64,000 nucleotides of DNA from Phaeosaccion multiseriatum (GCA_965112735.1 OZ218960.1:868001-932000), one strand, 5' to 3'; counted from the first letter of the stretch, positions 1 through 13,281 are shown. Notes: generated from the sequence alone by a model not told the origin. Translations and numbers: made by a program.

Positions 1-877
1 GCCAGCGTGTGCAAGGAGTGGCAAGAGCACTACCGCATGGCCCACAACCCAGTCGATACTGCCCTCTTAGCGTGGTGGGGTCTGTTCAGCGCGTGCGGTG
101 GGCCAAGGGGTGTGGGTACGAGCTGGGTGTGGGTACGAGCTGGTCGGCAGCAGAGTTCGGAGATGTGAGCGTGTGCGAGGAGCTTCATCTGCCCCTAGGA
201 TGAAGACGTCTGTAAGGCTGCTGTTAGGAATGCAAGGCAGGGGCTACGTGTCCTCAAGTGGCTGCGATCCGAGGACCCCCCCAAAGAGAAGGAGCCCTGT
301 CCTTGGTCGGGAAGATGGTATCTGTGGTGAAGCTGGCAAGTGCGGCAATGTGGAGGTTCTGGAGTGGCTTCTGTCTGACGAGTGCGACGTATTGCTCGGA
401 GGATCGATGTGATTGGAAGCGGTGTAGGCGGGACGTATTACCGTGTTGGAAATGCTTGTGCCCCACCCCAAGCTCAGAGCTCAGCTGAAGGCGACCGAGC
501 GAAACAGGATGCCATACTGGGCTAAGAACTGGCATGACTGGGAGCCGGACAGGAGAAAAAGATTGTGGAGAGGCGGGGCTTGGCGGGCAGCCACTGAGGG
601 CAATATGGAAGTGCTGCAATGGCTGCATGCAAACGCACGGGAGCTGTGCAGGTGGGATGCAGATGTCTGTAAGAGCGCAGTTCGTGACGCCAAGAGCCTC
701 TCCATGCTGAAATGGCTCCGATCGGAGGTGGTCATGTGTCCCTGGGACGAGGTCGCATGCCCACGGGTGATGAAATACTGGTGGCGCGGTGAATGGGGTA
801 TTGTGCCCCCTTCCGCCTTTGAGGAGATGACGCAGTGGGTGCACGCCAACGGACACCCCTGCGGCTGCCAGGACTGA
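1..877 (+). pseudogene. Degenerate ankyrin-repeat gene (CPWD / LxWL-type repeats common in algae and giant viruses), 5'-truncated by the window
   Basis: ORF 443-877 has AATEGNMEVLQWLHAN..CRWDADVCKSAV..MLKWLRSE..CPWDE. Upstream repeats lie in other frames: CP*DEDVCKAAVRN..VLKWLRSEDPP..CPW with in-frame TAG at 196-198, and ICGEAGKCGNVEVLEWLL after a frameshift near 305. Confidence 0.7.
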
Positions 878-1601
878 CCTCGGGAACGTCATCCACTTCC
901 GAGGGACTCCGTTCTCTCCGCGGCGGAAGGGGGAAAGAAGGGAGAGTGTCTCTCTCGTGCGCTGCCGTCTGTGAGCGCGGACGAGGCGGGTGGGAGGAGG
1001 GCGGGGACTCTCCGTGGGCTGGCCTCGGACAGACAAAGGGGAGGGAGGCCGCTCAGAGTGGGCGCTGCGTGGCGGGGATGGCACCAGGTGGGGCAGCAGC
1101 CCCTGCCGTGAAGCCCCCCCCGCTGCGGCAGCAAGAGAACAGAGACGCGTGTAGTTCTAAGAGTGGGATTCCGCTGTCGGCGGTGGGGAGAGAGGAGCGC
1201 GATGATACATTGATAAACACTGACTCTCTCTTGCTCACTCTACACCTACTTTCCTCTCTGTCTATTCACGCAAAAATACATGATTCCTACAACAGCGGGA
1301 CCGCATGCACGAGCAAAAATGAAATCAAATGATCGCCCCAAGACCCCACGTGTCCGCCTCGAGCGGCAGTAGGCAATAGCTCGTCGTCACAAGAGTCGGA
1401 GGAGCAGCACTCAGACCAGCAGTAGGAGCACCGGATCTTGCGTGCCTTTGAATTAAAATTAAAGCAAGTCCTTGCGAAACATGGGCACTTGCAACCAAGC
1501 CCTTGCAACCGACCTGCAGCAGGATTTAAAAAAAAAAACACCTGCCCGGTTCAACACGTCCAGCTGAGGCACCGCATCGGGCCAAGGAGACAAGCCGCCC
1601 C

Positions 1602-1640
<39 letters not shown>

Positions 1641-1739
1641 ATCTATATACATACACACAGAGAGGGGGGCGAGGACACTCGCTCACCCACCCACCCACTC
1701 ACCCACACCCGCGCACTACACACTCGCTCACTCACCCAC

Positions 1740-2471
1740 TCACCCACTCATATTGCAATTGAAGTTGCCGCCGCAAAAAAAACCCAGCAGGGAGCCTAAG
1801 AGTACAGGTATGCCAAACGTGCTCAGCAGCGAGACGCCCGTGTAGCGCAACAGCCGGCGAAGGGTCTCGTCTGCCCGGTGCCTATAGACTCCCCCAGCGC
1901 TGATCAAGAGCGGCACCGGATAGAAAACTGCCCACAAGACTGTCAACCAACTGAGAGGGTTTTTCTCAGAGCCAGGTGAATCAAAGGCCATGACGCTGAA
2001 CCCCGCAAATGTGGGCCAGCAGAACACTAAACTGCCCACCAGAAGACCGTGAAGGGTGAAGAGGAACGCTTTCGTTGCTCGAACCCTCCCCGATGACACA
2101 CTAGCGCCTCCGCGCCAGCCACTCACCCGATCGGAGAGCTTGTCAGCTGAGCTCAGAAGGGCTCGATGGTCAGTCTGCTTGGCGCCTTCCCTCTTGCTCC
2201 GCAGCGCATCTCTCCATCGCTTCGCCGTCTCGCCATTGAGCGCGCTCTGGGCCCCGAAGGCTGCGACCTCCAATTTCCGGACCAGTTCTCCCTCGTCGCC
2301 GCCCTGCTCCTGCTGCCGCTTCCGCCGCCTGTTGTCTCTGTACAGGGCCACGCCCCTCTGCACGGTCTCGGACCTGTTCACTTCCGCTTTAAAACGCAAA
2401 TTCACTGTCAGGAGAGAGAAGTGGGTGGGTGGGTGTTGGTGAGAAGAAGTGGAGAGGAGCGACCCATTCAT
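1740..2471 (-). CDS. Uncharacterised membrane protein (about 3 C-terminal TM helices, SVMAFDSPGSE loop); may have a further 3' exon near 1290-1514
   Basis: 243-aa ORF with hydrophobic segments FLFTLHGLLVGSLVFCWPTFAGFSVMAF, LSWLTVLWAVFYPVPLLISAGGV and VSLLSTFGIPVLLGSLLGFFC; GTGAGT donor-like site at about 1743. Confidence 0.6.
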   Translation of the reverse strand: MNGSLLSTSSHQHPPTHFSLLTVNLRFKAEVNRSETVQRGVALYRDNRRRKRQQEQGGDEGELVRKLEVAAFGAQSALNGETAKRWRDALRSKREGAKQTDHRALLSSADKLSDRVSGWRGGASVSSGRVRATKAFLFTLHGLLVGSLVFCWPTFAGFSVMAFDSPGSEKNPLSWLTVLWAVFYPVPLLISAGGVYRHRADETLRRLLRYTGVSLLSTFGIPVLLGSLLGFFCGGNFNCNMSG

Positions 2472-2655
2472 GTCTCACGAGAGATAACGAGATAACAACA
2501 ACAAGTGCACAAGTACTCGTCGACTGGGAGGAAGGGAAAAGGCTGCCTAGAGGCGGGCTAGAGGCCGTCTAGAGCTTGAGAAAGCAACTTGAAGTAAAAA
2601 TTCCAATTCCTTCTCCTTCGGCTTCTTCGCGATGAGACATTACTTTTAGACAATC

Positions 2656-3534
2656 ATGTACTCTCTTCCTCCTCTTCTCTTCCTTTCAATGACCAGCAGC
2701 CTGGAGGAGATTGTGGACCTTCGTGCCCATCCTTTGGAGAGCCTAGAGTATCGGGAGCAGTGCAAGGCCGAGCTGGATGAGAAGGGCGCCCTCGTACTGC
2801 ACGACTTTCTGACAGTGCAAGCCGTGCAGCATATGCAGAGGGAAGGTGCCGAGCACAAGCATCTCGCGTACTACACAAAGAGCCGACATAACGTATACCT
2901 GAAGCCAGAGGATGGCGCCTTTGCATCGGATCATCCACGCAACCGGAACATCACCTCGTCCAAGGGATGTATCACAGCCGATCAGATTCCTTCGGCTTCT
3001 CCACTACACGAGCTGTATGGAGACGCACTGTTCCGCTCCTTCGTCTGCTCGGTCCTGGGCGAGACAAAGCTCTATGCATATGCGGACACCCTGTCCTCCA
3101 TCAACCTACACTATGCGAGTGAAGGCCAGGAGCTTGGATGGCACTTTGACAACTCCTCCTTCGCCATAACTCTACTCATCCAAAAGCCGGACGCGGGTGG
3201 CGAGTTTGAGTACGTTCGCAACGTTCGACATGCCGATACCGATGGTAGTAGTAGTAGCTCATGTAGCAGCGGCGACGACAGCGGCGACGACAACGGCGAC
3301 AACGGGATGAACTACGTGCAAACGGGCCGCATCTTGGACGGACAAGTAGAGACGAGGAAGCTCGTCATGAATGCAGGAGACCTGGTCCTGTTCAGGGGAA
3401 GAGATTCGCTGCATCGCGTGTCGCCGACCATCGGAAGCACCACCCGTATGCTCGTTGTATTGGCCTACAACACCGAGCCGGGCATTTGCCTCTCCGAGTC
3501 GGCACGCCTGACATTCTACGGTCGATTGGCATGA
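2656..3534 (+). CDS. Fe(II)/2-oxoglutarate-dependent oxygenase, BesD/HalD/ArpA-like family, HxD type; intronless
   Basis: GQELGWHFDNSSFAITLLIQKP..GGEFEY; GDLVLFRGRDSLHRVSP..R (HxD...H triad and distal Arg). Alternative start at 2689. Confidence 0.85.
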   Translation: MYSLPPLLFLSMTSSLEEIVDLRAHPLESLEYREQCKAELDEKGALVLHDFLTVQAVQHMQREGAEHKHLAYYTKSRHNVYLKPEDGAFASDHPRNRNITSSKGCITADQIPSASPLHELYGDALFRSFVCSVLGETKLYAYADTLSSINLHYASEGQELGWHFDNSSFAITLLIQKPDAGGEFEYVRNVRHADTDGSSSSSCSSGDDSGDDNGDNGMNYVQTGRILDGQVETRKLVMNAGDLVLFRGRDSLHRVSPTIGSTTRMLVVLAYNTEPGICLSESARLTFYGRLA

Positions 3535-4013
3535 ATGCGGAAGAGATGGAAGAGAGGCGGGTAGGCATTGTTTTTGTTTTTGTATTTATTTGTATTTGTG
3601 TTTAGGGCTCGGGGATAGACATGTCGATATTTGTAAGTACAATGTGGTGGGCGGCAAGAAGCTTCAAATTCAATCCCCTTTTTTTCTAGATGAAATTTAC
3701 GTAAGAGGACAAAACGAAAGCCTACAGGGCTTTGCTTTGAGGTGTGTGGAATGGAGCGCCAAGAAGCAAGACCCACATCGCTTCCGTATCTACATACAAA
3801 TGGCGGTCGTGCCACCACTTGTTCGCACACACCGTGTACAGACCCCCCTCCAATCAATCACGCCGCCTCCTTGTAACAAAAATATACTACAATTTTTTTT
3901 CTCCGGCTCTGATAGCTTGTATTCAATTAATACATTTTCTCTGTCTCCGCCGCGACTACTCTCTTCGCCCGTTGATTGTACAAGTGGGAAGCCGCGCGCC
4001 AGCCTGTGATCTC

Positions 4014-7000
4014 TCATCCACCGCCGGCTCTCCCTAACCCCCCTTGCTCTCTGCTTGGCGACACAAGAGGGAGAGGCATTTCGTCAGCACTGCCCAGAGA
4101 GCTCAGATCCGCTAATTCCTCCTCCTCTCTTTGTCGCTGCTGCTGTGCGAGCAACTGCTTGCGCTGCTGCTCCAAGTTTTGCACCTGTGTGTATGTGTGT
4201 GTATGTGTGTGTGTGTGTCACCAATCAAGCAATCAATCTCCACCAACCAACAGCCAACCAACAGCCAACCAACCAGCAAATCACCCAACGAAACCAACCA
4301 ACCCACCAACCCAATCAGCCAATTACCCAACCAGCAAAACAACCAACCAACCAACCAACCAAACCAACCAACCAACTAACCAACCAATCACTAAAAACTC
4401 AACAACCAACCAACCAACCAAACCAACCAACCAACCAACCAATCACTCAACTCAACAACCAACCAACCAACCAACCAACCAACCAACCAACCAACCAACC
4501 AACCAACCAACCAACCAACCAACCAATCAACACCAAAGACGCACCTCCTTCTCCCAATTAGCCCACAGCGTCTTAGGGGCTTTACCGAAGTAGGCACGCA
4601 GGGGGCTGCGTTTTAACAATCCGCTCTGCAGCACAGCACCTTCAAACGACTTGAGATCGATCTGCAGGTGGATGTGTGTACGTGTATATGTATGTATGTG
4701 AGGACCAGGTCAGGGTCAGGGTCAGGGTCAGGGTCAGGGTCAGGGTCAGGGTCAGGTCAGGGTCAGGTCAGGGTCAGGGTCAGGGTCAGGGTCAGGGCCA
4801 GCGTCAGGGTCAGGGTCAGGGCCAGGGCCAGGGTCAGGGTCAGGGTCAGGGTCAGCGTCAGGGTTACGGATAATGTCAAGGTCAGGAGGATTGAAAACTC
4901 AGCACATATCCAAAGCCAAGGTGCTTACACGCGCACATGGCGATTGTGTAGTGTGAAAGGGCACCAATCGAATAGGACCCTGGTCTCTCTCTCTCCCTTC
5001 TCCCCCCCCCTCCCTCCCTCTCCCTCCCCCCTTCTCTCCCTCTCTCTCTCTCCCCCCCCCCTCTTCCTCCCTATTCTCTCTCTCTCCCCCCCCCTCTCTC
5101 CCCCTCTCTCCCCCTCTCTCTCCTTCCCTGCCCCTCTCCCTCCCTCCCTCCCTCCCTCCCTCCCTCCCTCCCTCCCTCCCTCCCTCCCTCCCTCCCTCCC
5201 TCCCTCCCTCCCTCCCTCCCTCCCTCACTCCCTCACTCCCCCCCTCTCTCGCACTCCATTCCTCCTTCCCTCCCCCTCTCTCTCCCTCAATCGCACCCAC
5301 CTGATCTCTTTGGAAGGTGTCAGGACAGAAGGGCGTGCTCCATTGACATAGGCCGCTGAGGGTATTGTACCAGTAAGGACGGCCAAAGTCGTCCTTTTCC
5401 TTCTTCCAAACCTTTGGACGGCAGGGCAGGGGGGATGCAGGAGCCCATACGTACACACGCGCACACGCACACGTAAACACGCACGTACACACACACACAC
5501 AGAGAGGAAGAGCATCCATGTCGAGAGGAGCGAGCAGTGGAGGTGGGGGTGGGGATGACTGGTTAGTGCACGTTTTGGGTACCCAAAGCTTCGAAGGAAA
5601 GCGTTACACACCTCTCCCCACTCCACCTTCCTCTCATCCTCCCCTCATCCTCCCCTCCCCTCCCCTCCCCTCCCCTCCCCTCCCCTCCCCTCCCCTCCCC
5701 TCCCCTCCCCTCCCCTCCCCTTCCCTCCCCTCCCCTCCCCTCCAACACAAACCTGAGCCAAATCCCGTAACGCCTGAGCCCAATACCTCTGTTTCGCTCT
5801 TTCAAAGAGTTTCCCTTGCTTGCTCTCCGAAAGAGATGGGTCGAGATAACGTGCAGCCATACGGCAGTCAGACTCCGTCATGAGGCAGCACACCTCGGCG
5901 GTAAGCACATTGTAATTCGCCACTGACTTGAGGCTTCCGTCTTTGTCCATGACCCAGTCCACATCATCCGCACCCCCTCCTCCCCCTCCCTGCTGCCGCC
6001 CCGGCGCTGGGCCCATCAAGTCGTCTGACGCGCCACCACCTGCGCTCGTTGGGAGAATGGTGAGTCAGTGGGTGGGTGAGTGAGAGAGTTAGTGAGTGAG
6101 TGAGTCAGTAGGTGGGTGAGTGAGAGAGTGGGTGAGTGGGTGAGTCAGTGGGTGGGTGATTGAGAGAGTGGGTGAGTGATTGAGAGAGTGGATGAGTCAG
6201 TGGGTGGGTGAGTGAGAGAGTTAGTGAGTGAGTGAGTCAGTGGGTGGGTGAGTGAGAGAGTGGGTGAGTGAGTGAGAGAGTGGGTGAGTCAGTGGGTGGG
6301 TGAGTGAGAGAGTTAGTGAGTGAGTGAGTCAGTGGGTGGGTGAGTGAGAGAGTGGGTGAGTGAGTGAGAGAGTGGGTGAGTCAGTGGGTGGGTGAGTGAG
6401 AGAGTTAGTGAGTGAGTGAGTCAGTGGGTGGGTGAGTGAGAGAGTGGGTGAGTGAGTGAGAGAGTGGGTGAGTCAGTGGGTGGGTGAATGAGAGAGTGGG
6501 TGAGTGGGTGAGTCAGTGGGTGGGTGAGTGAGAGAGTGGGTGAGTGAGTGAGAGAGTGGGTGAGTCAGTGGGTGGGTGAGTGAGAGAGTTAGTGAGTGAG
6601 TGAGTCAGTGGGTGGGTGAGTGAGAGAGTGGGTGAGTGAGTGAGAGAGTGGGTGAGTCAGTGGGTGGGTGAATGAGAGAGTGGGTGAGTGGGTGAGTCAG
6701 TGGGTGGGTGAGTGAGAGAGTGGGTGAGTGAGTGAGAGAGTGGGTGAGTCAGTGGGTGGGTGAGAGAGAGAGTGGGTGAGTGGGTGAGTCAGTGGGTGGG
6801 TGAGAGAGAGTTAGTGAGTGGGTGAGTCAGTGGGTGGGTGAGTGAGAGAGTTAGTGAGTGGGTGAGTCAGTGGGTGGGTGAGTCAGTGGGTGGGTGAATG
6901 GGTGAGTCAGTGGGTGGGTGAGTGAGAGAGTGGGTGAGTGGGTGAGTGAGTGAGAGAGTGAGTGAGAGCGTGAGTGACAGGGTGAGTGAGTGAGTGAGTG

Positions 7001-10000
7001 AGTGAGTGAGAGTAGCGTTCTGGTTTGATTTCGTTCTGTTCTCTTTTCAGTCGCCGCCCTACGAGGGTGAGAGGAGAGGGGTGGGGAGGACAGGGATGGC
7101 ACACTCTGTCGTTTGTGCGCTCGCTGGCTGGCAGGAAGTGGTTGGTTGGTTGGTTGGTTGGTTGGTTGGTTAGTTGTTTGGTTGGTTGGTTGGTTGGTTG
7201 GTTGGTTGGTTGGTTGGTTGGTTGGTTGGTTGGTTGGTTGGTTGGTTGGTTGGTTGGTTGATTGGTTGGTTGGTTGGTTGGTTGGTTGGTGGGTTGGTTG
7301 GTTGGTTGGCTGGTTGGTTGGTTGGTTGGTTGGTGGGTGGGTTGGTTGGTTGGTGGGTGGGTTGGTTGGTTGGTTGGTTGGTTGGTTGGTTGGTTGGTTG
7401 GTTGGTTGGTTGGTTGGTTGGTTGGTTGGTTGGTTGGTTGGTTGGTTGGTTGGTTGAATGGTTTGTCAGTTGGATTTGTTGGTTCAACAAGGGGGGGGGG
7501 GGTGGTTGGATTGGTTGTGTGTCTCTCTGGCCCTTGACTGGGGCTGTTTCAGTTTCTGTCAGTGTGAGTTTGAGTTTTAAGTTTCTCAGTTTCATTCACC
7601 ACCCACCTGCATCAGCCCCGACCCCTTCCAGCTTTACCACGCGGACCTCCGTGTGAAGTAAGTCAATGGGTGTGTAGTTGCGAAGTGCGCGCTTCTGGCT
7701 TGTCGTACCCAGGTCCTTGCTGACCTCTGTTACCACTGCATCACGCTCGCGGGCCTTGCCAGAGTCAGCCGTGAAGGTTACTTCCTTCACCACCTTCGAA
7801 GGGGAGAGAAGAGGGAGAGGAGAGAGAGAAGAGGCGGGGAGAGAGGAGAGGGAGAGGAGAGGGAGAGGGAGAGGGAGAGAGAGGGAGAGGAAGAGGAAGA
7901 GGGAGAGGGAGAGGGAGGAGAAGGAGAAGGAGAAGGATGAGGAGAGGGAGAGGGAGAGGGAGAGAGAGGGAGAGAGAGAGGAAGAGGGAGAGGGAGAGGA
8001 GAGGGAGAGGAGAGGGAGAGGGAGAGGGAGAGAGAGGGAGAGGGAGAGAGAAGGAGAGGGAGAGACGAGAGAGGGTGACGGGGGTGAATGGGGGTGACCG
8101 AAATAACCACAACCACAACGGATCACAAACAACATCCCAATCCATAGCCCAATACCTCACCACACCTTACAGCACCGGTCACATCGTACGTGATGGCGTA
8201 CGTAATGTTTCTTCGATTGTAACGGCAAAGCATTTCATATGATATGCTAGCGAAGCTTTCAGACAGGCTAAGATACGATACCTCCAAGAGCAAATGTGCA
8301 CGACACCACACCCTTACTCCACCTCACCCCTTCTCTCTCTCACACACAACACACACGCATATACGCGTACACGCACACACACACGCACACACACACGCAC
8401 ACACACACGCACACACACACACAGGAAACACACACCCATGCACACACACACGCACGCACATAAGACACACACAATTACGTAATTTGACGTTGATTCCTAT
8501 ATGTCAATGCATTCTCCCTTCCATACCTGGAAGTAGCTCGTGTATTTACGGAAAGCAAAGGCGATGTGACTCCTCCACGCCACGACAAGGCTGCTCCAAG
8601 CCCTCATGCCCTGATCCATGAGCTCGTCGAGATCAAGCAGCTTGGAGAGGGCAGAGCCCCCACCTTCCGTCCACTCGCCACCCCCCATCATCAGCTCACG
8701 GGCTTGGTCCGGCTCCTGCAGATGGAGGGGAGGTTGGTTGGGTGGATTGAAGGTGGATTTCGTTTACACAGAACACATACACATACACATCCATACATAT
8801 ACATGCATACATGCATACGTACATGCATACATACGTACAAATATACATACATACACACATACATACATACATATATATATACATGCATACACGCATGCAT
8901 GCATACGTACATATATACATACATACATATACATACATACATACATACATATATACATACATACACTCATACATACATACATACATACGTACATACATAC
9001 ATACATACATATATATACATACATACATACATACATACATACATACATACATACATACACACATACATACATACATACTGAGACATATACGCACGCACAC
9101 ATGCGAAACAATTGAGAGTTGGATCAAATTGAACCTGGAAACCAAACCGAACCTGAAACTGCCTGCCTGTGCTTTCTCACCGAGAGGTCCCCAAGGTCGA
9201 AGATGGGCATTGCTCGTAAGAGTGTTGTGCTCCCCTCGGGAAGGATGGGGGCAAGGCAGCGCTGAAACGCCTTGAGGGCTGGGACTTTCTTGGCCAGAAC
9301 CTAAGAGGGAGGGAGGGAGGGAGGGAGGGTGGGTGGGTGGGAGGAGAGGGAGGGAGGGAGGAGAGGGAGGGTGGGTGGGTGGGAGGAGAGGGAGGGAGGG
9401 AGGGAGGGTGGGTGGGTGGAGGGAGGGAGGGAGGAGAGGGAGGGTGGGAGGGAGGGAGGGAGGGAGGGAGGGGAGGGAGGGAGGGAGGGTGGGTGGGTGG
9501 GAGGGAGGGAGGGAGAGGAGGGGAGGGAGGGGAGGGAGGGAGGGAGGGAGGGGAGGGGAGGGAGGGAGGGAGGGAGGGAGGGAGGGAGAGGAGTGGTATG
9601 AGAGGTGGTGCGACATACGCGCGCCTACAACCTGCTCATGTGCTCGTATCAGCCTCCTTCCTCCTCCCACCCTCTTCTCTCTCCTCCTTCTCCTCCCTCC
9701 TCCCCCTCCCCACCACCACCCTCCACCTACCCCTCTTTCCCCAACCCCACTGCACTGGCACCAGACCCCCACACGAACCTTGGACACGCGTCCCTTGATG
9801 GTCTCTTTGCTCAACACCCCTGTCTTCTTCAGCGATCTGCACATGTCTCGGAAGAAGTCAAGGTCGTGTTCATCATATAGCAATGCCGCTCCTCCTTGAC
9901 GAGGGGCCATGAGCCCATCTGGTGTCATCGCCGTCGTCGGTGCAGTGGCCTCGACTAAATCATAGGCCCCCATGAAGTCGCCGAGGAGGCGACAGCGGGG

Positions 10001-12730
10001 GTACTCCTGTTGGTTTCGTAGTGTAGAGGCAGGAGAAGGGGCAGGCAGGTATATGGACAGGAACATGGGCAGGCATATGGGCAGGAATAGGGGCGGGCAT
10101 ATGGGCAGGCAGGTATGAGAACGCGAGAGAGAGAGAGAGAGCGAGAGAGATCCAGGGAGAGAGAGAAACAGAGCGAGAGAGGGAGGGAGAGAGAAACAGA
10201 GAGAGAACGCACCTTAAAGTGTCTCATGCCCAACACGAAGTCTACACAGCTCCGCACCACTTCCAGCTCGCCCTTTCGATCGCTACTTGCCCCTCCTCCT
10301 CCTCCTCCTCCTCCTCCTCCTCCTCCTCCTCCTCCTCCTCCTCCTCCTCCTCCTCCTCCTCCTCCTCCTCCTCCTCCTCCTCCTCCTCCTCCTCCTCCTC
10401 CTCCTCCTCCTCCTCCCCCTCCTCCTCCTCCCCCTCCTCCTCCTTCCCCTCCTGCTCTTCCTCCTGCTCCTCCTCCTTGATTCTCTGCCAGAGGAGGGCT
10501 CGCCTTCAAAAGTACAGTCGTCGTCTGCTGAGACCGCAGCGCCCCCGTCGGAGAGGCTTTCCCCGGGGGGTTCCTTGCCGTCTTGGCAGCCCCCCTGGGT
10601 GACGCCCGTTTCGCCCCTCTCCCGTCTCCTCCTCCTCCTCCTCCTCCTCCTCCTCCTCCTCCCCCTGCTGGTGCTCCTCCTCCTCCTCCTGCTGCTCCTC
10701 CACCTGTTGCTGCTGCACTCGCCGTGCCTCCTCCAGTCGGTTTCGCATGTTGCTGCCAACAAAACACAACAACGGGCAGAGAGTGTTACGGTTACAACAA
10801 CAAACCAATCAGAGCGGATACGGTATTCGAACATAGCAGTACGTGTGTGTGTGCGTGCGCATGTGTGTGGGTGCGTACGTGCGTGCGGCACCCGCTCCCC
10901 CCCTCCCTCTTCACCTACCACTTGCTCTCCAAGTAGAAGCTGTCTAGCCATGCTGTTCCCCCCCTTGGCAGGGAGGAGACCCCTGACCTTCGAGGCGAAG
11001 AAGTCAACCACCAAGAGAGACATATCGAAGGTTCCATTGAGTTTCCGTTGCGACATTTGCGGGCGGTCGAAGTCTGCTATCCATTGGTAAAGGTCCAGCA
11101 CTTGTGGAGGGGGAGGGAGAGAGGGAGTAAGTGAGGAAGGAAGGAAGGAAGGAAGGAAAAAGGAAGGAAGGGAGAGAGGGAGGGAGGGAGAGGGGGAGGG
11201 AGGGGGGGAGGTGCTAGGACTTTTGGCTACGGCTAGTTGATCACCAGTGAGTTTGTGGGTAGGGTAGTGAAGCTAAGTGCAGTGGGCGAGTGCTTACACA
11301 CCCTCAGGCAAACCCTCTTAGGGGCACCGCTATACACGGTTACACACCCTTACGTAAGACCCTTACGTAACAAACGTACGTAACACCCGTACGTACGTAC
11401 CTGTCTTGAGCAACACGCCCACATTGGGTATGTTCACGGGCATGGGGAGCGGATACCTCGCCAGCACAGGGGCCATCGAGGGGGGAAGCATGTGCATGTG
11501 TTGCTGCTGCTGTATCACCAACTGCTCCACCAAAAGAACGTTGTGTGTTTGGTCGGTCGGCCCGTCCGTCGGTCGTTCGATTCATTCCGGCGCGACGAGG
11601 GAGGAAGGAGGTCGACACATGTGAGAGCGGAGGAAGGGGGGGGGGGGGGAGAGGAGGAGGAGGAGGAGGAGGAGGAGGAGGAGGAGGAGGAGGAGAAGGA
11701 GGAGGAGGAGGAGGAGGAGGAGGAGGAGGAGGAGGAGGAGGAGGAGGAGGAGGAGGAGGAGGAGGAGGAGGAGGAGGAGGAGGAGGAGGAGGAGAAGGAG
11801 AAAAATTGAGAGTCGAGAGTCATTCCCTGTCAGGAGAGAGAGCAGAGGAGAAGGAGAGAACAGGGCGGGGTGAGACAACCAACCAATCAGCCAACCAACG
11901 CCAACCTGCATCTTCTCTTCAGGCGTGGGTATGCGCCTCCGAGGGCGTCTGCGTCCATTCCTCTCGTCTCGTTTCTCCTCTCGATCGCTGCGGTGGATAG
12001 AGGAGAGTAAGAGGGGTCAAATTGGCATCACAAGCACCCACGCACTCACCCACCCACCCACACCTACCCATCCCCCCCCCCCACACACACGTACACCCAT
12101 CCACACGCAGACCCATCCACACGCACAGGCACACACTCGCACGCACACGCACACACACACACCCGCTGCCGCCGGACCCTCCCCTGGCGCCGCTCCCCCC
12201 TCCATTAGCCTCATCGGCGCTGGCTCGAGTCTGGGTCTCCACAGTCCTGATACAGAAAAGTATAAAGCACGCACGGGTATCAATCGTAAAAGACAAGCAG
12301 AAGAGGAGGGTGAGAGGTTGGTGAGTGACAGGGGCGCAGCCAGGTTGGGTATCTCCACATCCCAATCCTGCTTACATAACAATAGGTGAAGCATCGGTGC
12401 TGCTATGGCCAATTTTCAATTTGAATTCTCCCTCTCGGTATACCACGTGGGACCTCTTTATGTTCCCTCTTCCCTCTTCCCTACACGCCTCCACTCACCG
12501 CTTCCTGGGTCTCTTTTCCTTGGAAATGCCGTGCAGGAAATCTTCGAAGTTCAGCGAGTCGAATAGAGCATCGACATCTGTGAGGATGGTCTGCCGCTGA
12601 GAATCCTCCAGATTTACTTGGTGCATCACTCGGGCAAGCTCTCGCTCCTGTTGGGGTGTGGGCAGGGGAGACATACAACGCACGCACACACACACACACA
12701 CATACGCAGACACACGCACACACACACGCA

Positions 12731-12785
<55 letters not shown>

Positions 12786-13240
12786 GCACGCACACACAAA
12801 GGTAGAAGGCGTGCACCTCAGCAAGCTGTGCGCCATCCCTCCCTCGTCCCTCCCTTTGCAAGATCGCTACTTTATGGTCACGTAAGGTTAGGGACGTACG
12901 TGTCTGACATGCATGTCTGCCATATCCCTGGCAAGTTCTAGGATAGTGGTGGCGTTCTTCACCCCTGGACAGTCGGCTTGGTCGCTGCAGGTGATGCTGT
13001 CGTGGGCCATCTGGTCAAGAGTGGGTGGAGAGAAAGAGGGGGGGGTGGGGGAGAGATGGGAAGAGAGGGGGAGCGAGAGAGAGGGAGAAGGATAGAGGAA
13101 GTGTGTGGGAGAGGGGGAGAGAGATGCATGTGTGTATAGGGCAGGTAGGGCAGGGAAGAGTTGAGGGGAGGGGAAGGAAGGGGAGGGGAGACAGAGAGAG
13201 GAGGGAAGAACAGAGGGACAGAGGGACAGAGAGACAGAGG

Positions 13241-13281
<41 letters not shown>

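Noticed and set aside
190-330. Stop-codon readthrough or recoding in the ankyrin relic
   Set aside because: Accompanying frameshifts point to decay, and other genes in the window use standard stops.
835-1332. 165-aa ORF after the ankyrin relic
   Set aside because: No ATG start or domain; probably a chance GC-rich ORF.
2656-3534. Calling the oxygenase a halogenase
   Set aside because: It retains the Asp ligand (HFD); halogenases of this fold have Gly or Ala there.
11513-11519. TATCACC in the 14-mer matches the lambda operator half-site
   Set aside because: Only 7 bp, with no second half-site or phage context; treated as coincidence.
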